Shown here: positions 1 through 12,244 of the stretch, piece after piece
Numbering within the stretch: the stretch's first letter is position 1
Layout of the letters: the number at the start of each line of letters is the position of its first letter
NCBI GenBank assembly: GCA_026026165.1
Contig: JAPEUD010000015.1
Coordinates: forward strand, 62,001-126,000
Source: Sarea resinae
Lineage: Eukaryota
Reading direction: 5' to 3'
DNA: 64,000 bases
The notes under the pieces: generated by a model
Seen by the model: only the letters and a program-made list of their open reading frames with translations
What the model was told of the DNA's origin: nothing
Database searches by the model: none
Translations under genes and position numbers: made by a program

Positions 1-1400
1 TGGTAGTGGAAGAGGAAGTGCAGGAAGGCGATGGCCGTGTAGAGGTAGGTAGAGCGAGTAAGTTCGTAGTGGTAGGTGGTGGTAGGTGGTAGGTACGATA
101 GGCCTAGTATCCGTCGTGGTAGCAGCAGCGGACGAAGGAAGTACTTCAGTATACTGCGCAGGAAGGTAATACCTTAGAGTACTCCGGAGTAGAGTAGTCG
201 TAGAGTGGTTAGTCGTGGTAGAGTCGGTGGTTAAGGTAGGTGTCTAGGCGGCCCTGGTCTAGCACTAGGGAGAGAGGGGCTTAGTGGCAGCCGGCGCAAT
301 AGGAAAGGACGATCTGCTTAGGGTCGAATCCTCCCCGTAGCCAGACCAAGCGAACGAGGATCGAACGAACAAACGAACGAACGAACCCGTACTCGACATA
401 CTTCTAGAGTACTTCATCCACGTCGGAGCCTTCACTCGACCGTGGCTAAATATCATACAGTATCTAAGGTACTCATGCTAGGTAGTAGAGTAGTGTACGG
501 GGACGGGCACCATCCAGCCTTCTCTCTTTCCCTCTCTACAGATATCAGGCCGGTACCGCCGAAGAGAGATCTCGAGGTCGAGGCAATGGCGCTTCGATGC
601 TCGAACACTCTTCGATGCCCTGTCTCCGGCTTTGATAGCAAGCAGATCGCCAGGTAGGTAGCCATCGCCAGGCCACGCCAGGCGATACCTTGGCCTTGGC
701 CCTCGAGAGGTGGAGGGAGGCTTAGGTTCGATCAGGTTAGGACCTTCCAGGCCGATGGGGATCGGAGGCGGCAAGCAAGTGCTTTGTATCTACCTCGAGT
801 ACCGACCTCCACCTCCACTACCTACCACCTACCACCTACCTCCCTTAACCTTCACCTCCAGGTCAGGTACTGCAGTAAGGTAAGGTCAGGCAAGGCAAGG
901 CAAGGTACTGACCAACCTTGAGGTCCGTAATTGCCTCTAGTGGACAGACTACTGGCCTGATGGGGGCGTGAAGAGGAGGGGGAAGGCATAAGGGAACTCA
1001 GTACCTACATACCTACCTTACCTTACCTAACCGCACCGCAGAAAGGCCTGAGCTTGGCGAGGGAGGCTGTCGGCAGAGAGCAGAAGGAAGGAAGCATCAT
1101 CGCTCAGCTGGCACGGTTAATTCCCGTCCTCTCCAAAGGCTCAGCGTCGACGGGTAGGTAGGATGGGTCGCTGCGGAGAATCGTGATGTGATTGATCAGG
1201 TAGTCCGGAAGGTAAACAGAGGTTAGCGACAACTATCAGGTGAGGGCGCGCCTCTCCGTATCGGACAAGGTGACGACCTTATGGATGTGTACAGCGCTCG
1301 AGAGCATGGGGAACGGAGAAACCAACCGACCATGATTTCCTCCATCTTGCCTACCTTACCTTACTTTGCCTTACCTTGCCTTGCCTTGCACTCTAAAGCA
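1..1400. repeat. Microsatellite-rich non-coding region (GGTA/TACC, GGTAA/GGCAA, CCTTA/CCTTG units)
   Basis: Tracts such as gtaaggtaaggtcaggcaaggcaaggcaaggtac (~875-908), tacctacatacctaccttaccttacc (~1002-1028) and ctaccttaccttactttgccttaccttgccttgccttgc (~1351-1389). No credible ORF. Confidence 0.7.
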
Positions 1401-2748
1401 CGGCGTGGAAAGAGAGATTGATGGGCAGCGAGCGAGAGGGAGACCGGGGAAGCGCAACCGGCGACCATCAAACGTCGCTAACGGGATCGGGGAAAATGGG
1501 GGGGCAGCCATGGGATGCATGGACGGGGTGAGGGTTAGCAGTGAACTTGAAGGTTCAATCCGTGGATGTTGCTAACAGATGATGCGCAGTACGGCCGACA
1601 GGGACGTACCCTGTTGGTGCTGGATGCAGGCGTCGGCAATAAGTGGGGCGAGGCGCACCATAGAGCCAGTAGACCAGAGGTAGAGCATCGCTCGCTCTAC
1701 TCCCGAGTACAGGCCACGTCCCGGTCGCCGTGGCCCGGTTTCAGGTCGCGGCCACGTCTCAAGTACTCCCCGAGTACCTTGTCTGCCAGGGAATATCGAC
1801 GATGTGCTGCTTTTAGTGCTCGGTAGTGCCTCCGTAGCTGACGGTGCTAATGCGGTAGAGCGACTGTCACAAGTCGTCAGCCACCGGCCAGACTTAGTAT
1901 TCCGCTCGCCACAGGTTCTCGACCCTCTCTCGACCCTCGGATTCGCCATTACCCTGCTCGAAAACCGCTCTCGACCTATCCGTCGATCATTGTTGATGAT
2001 CGCCGCCGTTTGTGCCTCTTTCCTTCATGGATGGCCGCTTGCGCTTACGCTGACGCCTGCTTTGACGCTCGGTGGTTGTATCGAATGGATGTATTCGCGC
2101 AGCAAGTCCAGGTCGTGTAAGGGCGAAGAGATATTCGGGGAGATCAGTCGGGCCCGATCCATCTCTTCCTACCTTGTCCCTCCGCTATCCTGTCAAGAGG
2201 GATCCACGCAGATGAGGAGGCAAAGAGGCGGCCACTCTTGCATCGACACACTTCCCCTTCATCATCCATGCTACAGGCCAACGTTACCTGACAGTCCCTG
2301 GTAGATATCGACTATCCCGTCGTACGTTGGGTAACCGTCCGCCAGGGAAAAGCAGGCAAGGTACGGCAGTGACGACGACAAAACAGAGCGGCCTACCTTG
2401 GGGTACCCGCCCTGGAGCTCTGGGTACCTACCTTAGACCACTCCTGCTGTACTCTACGAGTTCTCCACCCGATTGCGCGTGAGATGAAGAAGACAGTGGA
2501 GGGATGGAGGGATCATGGCTGGCTGGGTCGGCCTTGGCTCGGCTTCCATGTACTTACTGCAGTATTGGTCGTGAGTTGCGTATCGGAAGTAGCGTCAGTA
2601 GTGGTGAGTGCAGGTGGATGAGTCGATTACCTATTACCTGATTGACGATGGATTGGACGGCCTGAACGCCCAGGATCACGCTATCCGGACTCCCCAAGCC
2701 GTACCTACTCGTAGTAGAGGCAATGGATTGCCTCTATCCACCTCACTG

Positions 2749-2797
2749 CCTACCTACCTACCTACCTACCTACCTACCTACCTACCCACCTACCTAC
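2749..2797. repeat. (CTAC)n tetranucleotide microsatellite, ~12 units
   Basis: Directly visible: cctacctacctacctacc...cccacctacctacc. Confidence 0.9.
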
Positions 2798-4047
2798 CGC
2801 CCCCCCTAGGTACCTATCGTTACCGTGATCGAACGGAGCAACTATCCATCGTAGTATGACCCTTGGCCTGTTCGACGCTCATTCGACAAGGTCTTGAGGG
2901 CAAGTACGAAGCAAGTACGGCGTACGAGGTACTGTGTAGGTACGGTGTAGACGAAGAGAGCGGGGGTCCCACAATGCTCTAAAGAGCCAAAGAACCATCT
3001 AGAGTCCATGCTCAGCGGATTTGGGAGCTGCAAACGTCTAGAAACGTCTTCAACGAGCTCCGGCTTCGTCTTAGGTTGGACGTGGATTGCTTTTGGCCTT
3101 GCTCAGCCCTGCGTGCACTCGCGACCAGCCAGGTGCCGCCAATCATACGGGAGCTATGAGGAGTGGATGGCGCGCTCGGTGCTCTCCCGCCTGATCTTTA
3201 CGGCTCACTACTGCGACTAGTACGAAGTACGAAGCACCGGAAGTCGTGCTGAGCCGGACGGGAGATGCGGAGTCGATCGATCCATTGACTCTCCAGCTTA
3301 CGTGTTGTCTGGCACGTGATGCACTCTGACATTGGGACCTGGCTGGGTGGGGGAACAAAGGGATATCTGCTAACCTGATGGATATCGTAGATAACTTGAG
3401 TTGGCCGTCTGTGAGGAAAGAGATCCATATGGGAGTCCACGATCCTTCGATTGTTACTCCGTAAACCTTGCCGAGTCTGTACGGACAGAGAAGCTCAATC
3501 TTACTGGGTCTGGCAGTTGGGGTCGCTGGCATGTGATGATGGCTAGAGTGCTATCTATAGACCTATGGAGGCAGATAAGGTAAGGTAGAAGGCCCTGGAG
3601 ATCAAGGAACCAGTCCTGTTGGATAGCTCGATCGCTCGAAGCAGGGTCTCTGCCTCACGGGGTCTTTCCAGCGGAATTTCCAATCATTCTGTATCCCAAT
3701 GCATGCAGCGGCATCATATTACTATGGTATGTAGGGAAATGGCATTATCATTGCGCTTGCTGTACCTGAACACGCTGCCGCCGCCGTCGCTGCTACGTGA
3801 AATAAGAGGCATTCATCCGTACTTTTACAGATTCCGGCTTTACCCTCACTCGTCACGTTCCCATCCAAAGGCTGTCCCAACAAACCGTCAACGCCAGCAG
3901 ACGGTCGCGGACTGTTATAATACATGGCGCTCGCTAAGAGAAGGATGCATCATGCTTCCGACAGACCGGAAGACCTCTCTCGCTCCGTGCGAGACGTGCT
4001 CCTCAGCCGCCAAACGCGAATCATTACGAAATCTTCATAGTGACTTT

Positions 4048-5048
4048 TCATACCGGGAGGTTAAACTTCTTGCCTTGGAGAACCCTATAGCCGCTCACAT
4101 TAGCCATTGCTCGATCAGTGATATGATAAAACAGAGATTTTCTCTGATGGACATTCAACGTCACGGGAGACTCACTTCGTGTAGTAGATCCAGAAGAAGT
4201 CCGAATACAGAATCGTCTGCAAGATACCCGCAATCATCGCGATAGGGTCCCAATACCCCTCCGCAAAATACCGGTAAATCCAGTTGGGGATGTACAACGT
4301 CCGGTACGCCCCCAAAGCGAATAGATAATGTGTTGTAATCGTCTCGGCCTCGCCGGTTCTTTGCAGCATGAAGAGCTGAGGAAGGATAGCTACCGATTCG
4401 AGCCAGATAGAAAATGCCCACAGAATCTGGTCAAGCAAATAAGTAAGGATATGATACCAGGAGCAATTGCTCATCGTACCTCGGTGAATGTCCATTTGTA
4501 CGGAAGAAGAATCGCCAGGACCGCACTGCCGCCCAACAAGTATTGCACTTTGAAAGTATCAATGTTGGGATCATGGGTCGGCTTGTAATCGTTCAGCATG
4601 AGATAAACTGTGTATGCAGAAGAGCCGATGAAGACGATCTTGAAGAGCGTGTTGTATGTGGAATCCGTAAAAGTCCAGAACAAATCTAATCAGGGGTAAT
4701 CAGTAAATCTGCAAGAACGAACGGATCGTTTCCTTTGGCGTAACAATGTTCTGCAGACTGACCAAGATAGCGCGTGACGTAGACAACCAGATAGAGCACC
4801 TGCGACTTGAATGATATGCCAGCACAACTCTGTGCGCGGATCAGCGATCATGCTCTTTGAACGGAGCTGGGCCATTGGGTGACGCTACATTGGAAGCCTT
4901 CATCTTCTGCAGAAGGATGAAGATAGATAGAAGGTGGGAGAGATCCCCTGCAATTACAGAAGCACCGATTAATAAGACCGTCCAAGCTGTGTCAACTGAC
5001 TATAGGGTTCCGTGAGATCGGCATACCAAGCAGCCTGAAGATATTCAT
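4048..5048 (-). CDS. ERD2: ER lumen protein-retaining (HDEL/KDEL) receptor, multi-exon
   Basis: Spliced translation [55 protein letters not shown]...|[42 protein letters not shown]...[11 protein letters not shown]|..QGKKFNLPV*. Canonical GT..AG introns. Confidence 0.97.
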
Positions 5049-5518
5049 TTTGCAGCTCTGCGTGCTTTCCTCCCCGGCCTATTCGGATCAGCGTTCGGAC
5101 GCTTATCTGTATTCGCCTCGACCTTTCTGCGCCTCAATATCTCATCAATTGCGGTGGATCCGGTGCTGGAATCATCAATTATTTCACCCTTTGAATTCGC
5201 GATGTTGACACTTTGACACTTTTTGCGAGTTGCAGTTGGGTTTGCGAAAGCTCCGGTCCGACATGATACGGTAGCCGATAGGGACTATAGCGAACAGCGA
5301 CCGTGACCTCAACTCTCTTCACTTACGCAGGAATCTTTAACTTTGACGACCAACCATCATACTTTCGATGCCAGCCCAATCTCTGCCCTAAGAATCACCT
5401 TGATATCAAAATTAACTTGCTGAGGAGATAGCTGAGGAGAAGCCACACGCTATTGGGGTGTTACTCTGTCAATCGTCACCTTTGCGTCAGACGCGCATAT
5501 CTTTTTCGGACAGTCGAC

Positions 5519-7249
5519 ATGCCCGCCGCAGTCGCAAAACCTACGAAAAACCAGCTTCGGCGAGCGAAGAAGAAGGCACAGAAATTGGAAGTGAGCAGCC
5601 GCGAAGCCAAATATATGGGCGGCAGAGCTAATCAGCCCCAGGCAACACCGACTCCTACCCCCGACGCGGAGTCCAAGCAGCCGTCTCCAGAACCGCCATC
5701 AGCCTCCCCAAGAGAGATCGAGCAGATCAACTTCGAACTTAATGAGGATGATCCTCTATATGAGCAGTTTAAAGATCTGATCGGAAGGTTTGGTCAAGAG
5801 GACAAGGAGGATCCTGCCACGAAGGAACCAGATAAGCCCGAGGTTTACTACGACGATGACGACGAGATCCCAGAAGAAGAGGAAAAAGACGTGCCGAAGA
5901 TATCAAAAAAGGCGAGGAAACGTGCAAATCAATTGTCTGTGGCAGAGTTGAAAGCGCTGGTCAAAAACCCCGATAAGGTCGACTGGACTGACACGTCTGC
6001 TCCCGACCCACGCTTGCTGGTTCATCTTAAATCCTATCGAAATGTGGTCCCGGTTCCGTCACACTGGAGTCTCAAGCGAGAGTATTTATCTTCAAAGCGA
6101 GGTATAGAGAAGGCGCCTTTCGCGTTACCTAAATTCATTCAAGAGACTGGAATAGCAGAGATGAGAGATGCTGTGCTAGAGAAACAAGATCAAGCGAGCT
6201 TGAAACAGAAGCAGAGAGAAAGAGTTCAGCCAAAGATGGGGAAGCTAGATATAGATTATCAGCGGCTTTACGAAGCTTTCTTCCGATTTCAGACAAAACC
6301 CGAGCTGACGCGGTACGGCGAGGTCTACTACGAGGGGAAAGAGTACGAGACTGATCTACGACACCTCCGGCCAGGAGAGTTGAGTGATGAGCTCAAAGAG
6401 GCCCTCAATATTCCTCCTGGGGCCCCTCCACCGTGGCTGATCAATCAGCAACGATTTGGTCCGCCCCCTTCATATCCCGCCTTAAAGATCCCGGGTCTCA
6501 ATGCCCCTCCACCACCAGGAGGGCAATGGGGTTTCCACCCGGGTGGCTATGGTAAGCCACCGGTCGATGAGTATAACAGACCACTGTATGGAGGTGATAT
6601 CTTTGGCGTCCTTCAACCACAGCAAAACACGCAACTAGGAGAGCCGGTAGAGAAGACGCTGTGGGGCGAACTCCAAGAGCCCGAAGAGGAGTCAGAAGAA
6701 GAGGAAAGTGAAGAGGAAGAGGAAGAGGACGAGGAGGAGGAGGAAATTGGAGCTGGACTGCAGACCCCCAGTGGACTCGAGACGCCAAGTGGTATGGCTT
6801 CGACAATGCCGTCCGAATTTGGCGGTGCTGAAAGCGTCGCGGGCGAGTTTGACTTGCGAAAACATCGAAGAGGAACAGACACCGAGGAGTCAGTCCACCG
6901 CGCAGCTTATCAAGTCCTCCCTGAGCAATCAGTCCGCGCAACAGGCTTTTTCGGCAGTGAACGTGGCTATGATTTGCGTGCCGCTCAGGGGAATCAAAAT
7001 CTCCCCGTTCTTGGCCAGGAAGAGCAAAGCAGAAAGCGAAAGAAGCCCGGTGATGTGGACGTGTCTGTTGATGTCGATGCGTTGCAGGCTCAGGACGGGT
7101 TGAGTAAAGACGAAATACAGAGACAATTTGAGGCTTCAAGGCAACAGGAGCAGGGTCAGTGGGGATTCCAAGAAGATTTGAGCGATATGATTGCCAGCGA
7201 GAGTCGCAAGAGACTGAAGAAAGATGAAGAAAGGAGATCGAAACGGTAG
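5519..7249 (+). CDS. SF3B2: U2 snRNP splicing factor SF3B2 / SAP145 / Cus1
   Basis: LSVAELKALV..PDKVDWTD, VPVPSHWSLKREYLSSKRGIEK, PKMGKLDIDYQ, YGEVYYEGKE and the PSP proline-rich motif (PPPWLINQQRFGPPPSYP). Likely ATG at 5519; probable intron 5591-5641. Confidence 0.95.
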   Translation: MPAAVAKPTKNQLRRAKKKAQKLEVSSREAKYMGGRANQPQATPTPTPDAESKQPSPEPPSASPREIEQINFELNEDDPLYEQFKDLIGRFGQEDKEDPATKEPDKPEVYYDDDDEIPEEEEKDVPKISKKARKRANQLSVAELKALVKNPDKVDWTDTSAPDPRLLVHLKSYRNVVPVPSHWSLKREYLSSKRGIEKAPFALPKFIQETGIAEMRDAVLEKQDQASLKQKQRERVQPKMGKLDIDYQRLYEAFFRFQTKPELTRYGEVYYEGKEYETDLRHLRPGELSDELKEALNIPPGAPPPWLINQQRFGPPPSYPALKIPGLNAPPPPGGQWGFHPGGYGKPPVDEYNRPLYGGDIFGVLQPQQNTQLGEPVEKTLWGELQEPEEESEEEESEEEEEEDEEEEEIGAGLQTPSGLETPSGMASTMPSEFGGAESVAGEFDLRKHRRGTDTEESVHRAAYQVLPEQSVRATGFFGSERGYDLRAAQGNQNLPVLGQEEQSRKRKKPGDVDVSVDVDALQAQDGLSKDEIQRQFEASRQQEQGQWGFQEDLSDMIASESRKRLKKDEERRSKR

Positions 7250-7887
7250 TAGTCTGAGGATAGAGGATTTTTGTCTCCATTGGCATAATGATGTGTTTGT
7301 ACGAATAAGGAGGCACACATTCGTAACTGTAAGATCAAGCAAAAAGAATCAAGAACTTATCAATCATTGACGCTACAATTACGGCAACCATGCGGGTAAC
7401 GTTCAGCAGACTACCGCCTTGCGAATTATGTTGACAACTTGTCACTCAACGAGACTTAGGACAATAGCCATTCTAGGCTTCTGCATCAATGGCTCGCTGC
7501 TTCATGCTAAGCTATTCTCTTCTGCGAACGAGTGCGAACGCGAAGACAAACGAAAAAAAAGGCATTTTTGACGATGTGATTGCTGATCATGTGATAGCGA
7601 TGGATTGGCGTTGGATGGCGTTGGATGGTCGAAGCTTCTTCGGTTGGCCATTCATTCACTTTGTGAAATTTCCATTATTCACTTTCACGACTTCTAGCAA
7701 ATTCATTCCACCAAAGATTAAAATCGCACACATCTCCACTCAATCCCTCTCAATACCACTTGATCCCTCTTTCACCTTAAAGAAGCAAACTTCCTCATGA
7801 TTACGATAACCATCAACCAGGACTGCCCTCACCAGTCATAAGCACCACCGACAGAGAAGCTTCGATCTTCATTGAATTACCGTAGAC

Positions 7888-9935
7888 ATGGACAGGGACC
7901 GAGATCGAAGGTATGCTACGCCCTGATATTACGCCATGGAAGACTCACTGGGACATACCTGTCGCTTTCACCATCATCGGATGATTCCCTAAAGGTTGAA
8001 ACTGTTACGGACTACTCTGACTTCCCCCTTCTCTTTGCCAGGTTCGATGAGCGAGATCGCTATGGTGGCGGAGAGACCTACAGACCCTCTCAACGCTCAA
8101 ATCGTCCGTTACCTCCTCAGGACTCCTATCGATCAGGCCGCCAATCGCCTCTGAGAGGTCGAACTCCGCCTCCTGTGGATAGCTATGTGCCCCAAGAGCG
8201 AGCCAGATTCGGTGGTCGTCCTCGCAGCCGATCCCCAGACCTCTTTCGTCGTCGCTCGAGGAGTCCGGCGGCGAGGAGAAGAGTGACTGAAGGGAACTGG
8301 AGAGATATGACGCCCAGAGACTCACCGAGGAGGTGGTCACCACGAAGGGACCCAAGAAATACGGTGAGGAGGGACGAACGGCCGAGGTCACCACCAAGAT
8401 TGTCGGGACGTCCCCGATCCCCGTACGCAAGTTCAGTCGCAAGGTCTCCAAGAAGCATTCGAGGGAGATCCCCGCTTCCTTTAAAGAGAGGTCGTGAGCC
8501 GTCGCCAGAGGGTGCTCGGCCTATGCGCTCGCCTCCACCCTACAAGCGGGAAAGACTGGCTTCCCCTCCTCGAGGGCGATTTGAGAGACCAAAATCACCA
8601 CCGATTGCCCCACGTGAGTACTCACCGATGCGTGATGGCCGCCGCTCTCCGCCAGCCGGACCCAGAGCCACGAGACGGCCACGTTCTCGTTCGCCAGCAC
8701 GTTTCGAAGGCCGCTATGAAAACCAGCCTGCTGATACATGGAGGCGTCGTTCGCTATCTCCTCCGCGTGATCCCCGCCCCGAATATCGTTCTGAGCAGTC
8801 ATCGGGACGGGCCTCTGCTAGCACCTCTCGACGATCTTCGCCACCCATACATCCTGGTAGGCTCGCCTTGCAGCAGCCGAACACTGCGCCTCCAAACACG
8901 GACGAACGTTCTCCGGCTTGGAGAGGTGGGCCTCCTCCCCGCGGCCCAGCTGCAGGCCCGTTGCCTTCTACATACCGTCAGAGATCTCCTATCCGAGAGC
9001 GATCCCCTCCTCGACGCGCCTGGTCCCCCCGTCCTCGATCTCCTCGTGAAACAGGCTCTTATCGCTCTCCTCCTAGGAGACGAGAGTCGCCGCCACCGCG
9101 AGATGACGCATTTCAGAAGGATGGAATTGCAAATGATGCGCGATCTCCAGCACCGTTGAACGCACCCTCTGGACCTTCGTACCGGAATGGTGACCGCAAT
9201 GCAGGCTTTTATAACCCACCACCACTCGACGAACCACGCGACCTCGTCTCCCCTAGCAACGCCTCACCATCGGCTGCTTCTTCTACCCCGATGCAAATGT
9301 CTGCTCACAACCGGATGGCTCCCGTTTCAGTTCTCGCCGCCCCGTCTCATCCACGTAATGGTCCAGGTCCAGGCTCCCGTTATGCCAGAGAAGGCTCAAG
9401 AGATGGCTCGTTTTCAGGCTATCCGCCCAGACGTGCTCCCTCATTCTCTCAGCACCCGTACTCTCGTGGGCCAAACCGTACACCAAGCTCTTTTGCTCAC
9501 GGTGGTCCCAGACCACCCAGAGAAGCCAGTCCAGGTAGTATCCCAACCGGCCCGCGTTCATCATACAGCTCAGGTCCCCCTCCGCCTTTTGCCGGCGGTG
9601 GCGGCATGCGCGCTTCTAACAACAGCACCTCTACCACCTATCCCCGCACCCAGCACTTCAATCACCTGTCGACTGTCCCCGCCATCGTCCCAGGCGGCAA
9701 GCTTCTCCCGTCGAATCTGAAGCCAGAAGTACTCGAGAAGCTAGCAAAGCTCGAGGAGGAAAAACGCAAGATTGAGGAGCAGCTCGCCGAGAAATTGGCC
9801 AAGAAGCGGGTTGGGCTAAGGGAGTGGGAAAAGTTGGAACGGGAGAGTGCGCGCGAGGCCTTGAAGAGTGATCTTGCTGAGCAGCAGCTGAGAGTCCTCA
9901 CTGACGATGGCGGGCTTGGTGGCGCAGCTTTCTAG
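7888..9935 (+). CDS. Ser/Arg/Pro-rich (SRRM-like) low-complexity protein with a C-terminal coiled coil
   Basis: Exon 7888-7910 (MDRDRDR), intron 7911-8041 (GTATGC..CCAG), long exon with RSRSP repeats ending in KLEEEKRKIEEQL...REWEKLERES...GGAAF*. Confidence 0.8.
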
Positions 9936-10229
9936 TGCTTTCTCGCTTGAAGAGAGGACGCTCGTTCTGTCTTGCCTTGTCTTGCTATCGGTGAGAGAGA
10001 AGGCTGACGGATGGATGGTCCATCTACAAGAAGTGCTTGGATATGTGTTGACAGTCTGTCATGTTATGGTCTATGGCTCTCTGTAACCGGAACCGCGCAG
10101 GAGAATCGGTCTTTTTGACAATGACGAATGATTTTATTGTTGTTGTCGGCCTGTTTGAGCAGTGCCGACGCGCTCTCTCATTCTCTCATTTGTTACATTA
10201 AGTTCCGTCCTGTGCTGTTCAGTTCAGTC

Positions 10230-11378
10230 CATCTGCCCATGAGCCTCAGAAGAAGACCTGTCTTGCTGTGGTCTCTTGATCAATTCTTCCCTATCTACCG
10301 CGAGTGAAAGACATCGGACACACCGCAGAGCATCACATACCATGCCATGCTCTTCATGTCCGCTCCTTTTCTTTGCCTATTTGTCCTATTCCATATTTTC
10401 CCTATTCTCTTCTTGTCTTCTCATAGGAGCGTTATTTTCCCTTTTTGTTTTACTTTCTTCCCCCTCTACATGTCTTGTCATCCGGGAAAGGAAAGGGAGC
10501 AGGCGCGAAAGGTGACATGAACATGACTTGACATGTATGGCAATGGGATAAAATTCGAATGCAAAAAGGCATGTATTTATACAGATCAAAGACCACCCTC
10601 AAAGATGGGGAATTGCGCTTCTTGGTGGTGTTTTTTGTGTCTTTGATTCTTGGGATCCTGAAAGCCTGGTGTTGATATCGCTATTCATATTGATATTGAT
10701 ACTCCTATCAACGAAGCACAGGTAGTATGTGATAAAGACAGGTATCGCAAGTGTCCCGTGTGATCAGTGATCTCGAGAAGAAAGTGATGAGCCCGAGGAG
10801 CTCAGGGCGAGTGAGGAGTAGGCCAGTGTGACAGTGCTACCGTTGTCTTGTCTTCTCTCCTCTTGTCTACTAAGGACAGAAAGCGGGCGAGCATGAGCAC
10901 TAGCACGAGCACGAGCGCCGAGCGGGAAAGAGAAACAAGGAAAAAGAGAAAGAGAAAAAGAGAAAAAGAGAAAAAGCGAAAAAGACAGTGCATGGCCTGG
11001 CCCGGCCCGGCCTGGTCTGGTCACCGACCGACCGACCATCCCAAGAACTTACCTATAATGCCTGACCTGACCTGACCTGACCTGACCTTGGCCTTGACCT
11101 GTCAGAGGACGGACTCTACCTCTTCCCCTACTCTGTGCTATCCTATTCTATTCTATCCATCTATCCTAGTATCTATACTAGACTAGACTTTACTAGACTT
11201 TACTAGACTAGACCATACCGTCTCATATACAACATTTCAGGTAAAATACCCACTATATTTCTTCACCTGCTCTCGAGAAAAAGAGAGAGGGAGGGAGGTG
11301 GAGGGGGAGATCTCAGGAGTCAAGACAGGCCGTTTTACTACTACTCTACTTACTTTCATGATGTGAATTACCACTACC

Positions 11379-11424
<46 letters not shown>

Positions 11425-12100
11425 AAAAAAGTACCACCAACACGACCATCTGACCGCGGCATTCGTTTGTTTTCAGCAGTGGGTTATCATAAGATATGTA
11501 AATACACGAGACGAGGGTATGACGTGTAAGCAGCAAAAGTCCAAGTCCAAAACGCCAAAAGAACGCTGGTCCTTGATAATGGTAGTGGCACTGGGCATTG
11601 GGCACTGGGCACTGGAGTACTGGGGTACTGCGGTGCTGGGTGCTGGGTGCTGGGTGCTGGGTGCTGGGTGCTGTGCTGAGTACTGTCAATTGGTAGGTTT
11701 CTGCTATGGGTTGCTGCCTGTCGAATGCAGGCGCAGGTGCAGGTGCAATCGCCGTCACTGGATTCATACCATGCAGTAGAAAGAACAGAACAGAACAGAA
11801 AGAATATGACAACGAAGCCGAGCAACAAGGCCGAGTGAAGCCAAAAAGAAACGAAAAAACACAAAACGCCTTCGTGACTGCATTGATGGGAGTAAACAAG
11901 TCCCGTGATTCCTTTCCCAATCGATGCCGTGCCGTGCCGTGCCGTGCCGTGCCGTTGTGCTCCGACCGAAGAAGCTAAATTGAAATCCAAGCTCCAAGTT
12001 CCGAGTGCATGCGCTGTCTTCATAAAAGGGTCCAGTGTCGTAAACGGAGAAGATGTGAAGGAAAAAGAAAGAAGGAAGGAAAAGGAAACCAAGGCCGGGG
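10230..12100. repeat. Low-complexity/microsatellite island 1 at a convergent gene junction
   Basis: (CCTGA)n ~11060-11090, tactagactt repeats ~11177-11212, (CAC)/(TAC)n 11369-11424, (GGTGCTG)n ~11630-11672, (GCCGT)n ~11925-11954, GA-rich tracts. Confidence 0.85.
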
Positions 12101-12244
12101 ATTTCCAGATCGGGATCGGCATGTTCGCTATCCTGAAAGTTTTTTTTACTGCCAACTTCCATAGGCTACATCCAGGTCTTTCGATATCGTTTGCCGAGGA
12201 CCTTTGCCACCTTGGGGCTGGAGGTAGCTTGGAAACACAGACTA

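Noticed and set aside
278..343. tRNA-like fragments (GGCGCAATAGG ... GGGTCGAATCC ... AGCCA)
   Set aside because: Spacing is too short for an anticodon arm, the acceptor stem is incomplete and the T-loop is non-canonical.
1804..4245. ORFs of 129-208 aa left of ERD2 (1804-2304, 3143-3532, 3619-4245)
   Set aside because: No recognisable motifs, two have non-ATG starts, and one overlaps ERD2 antisense.
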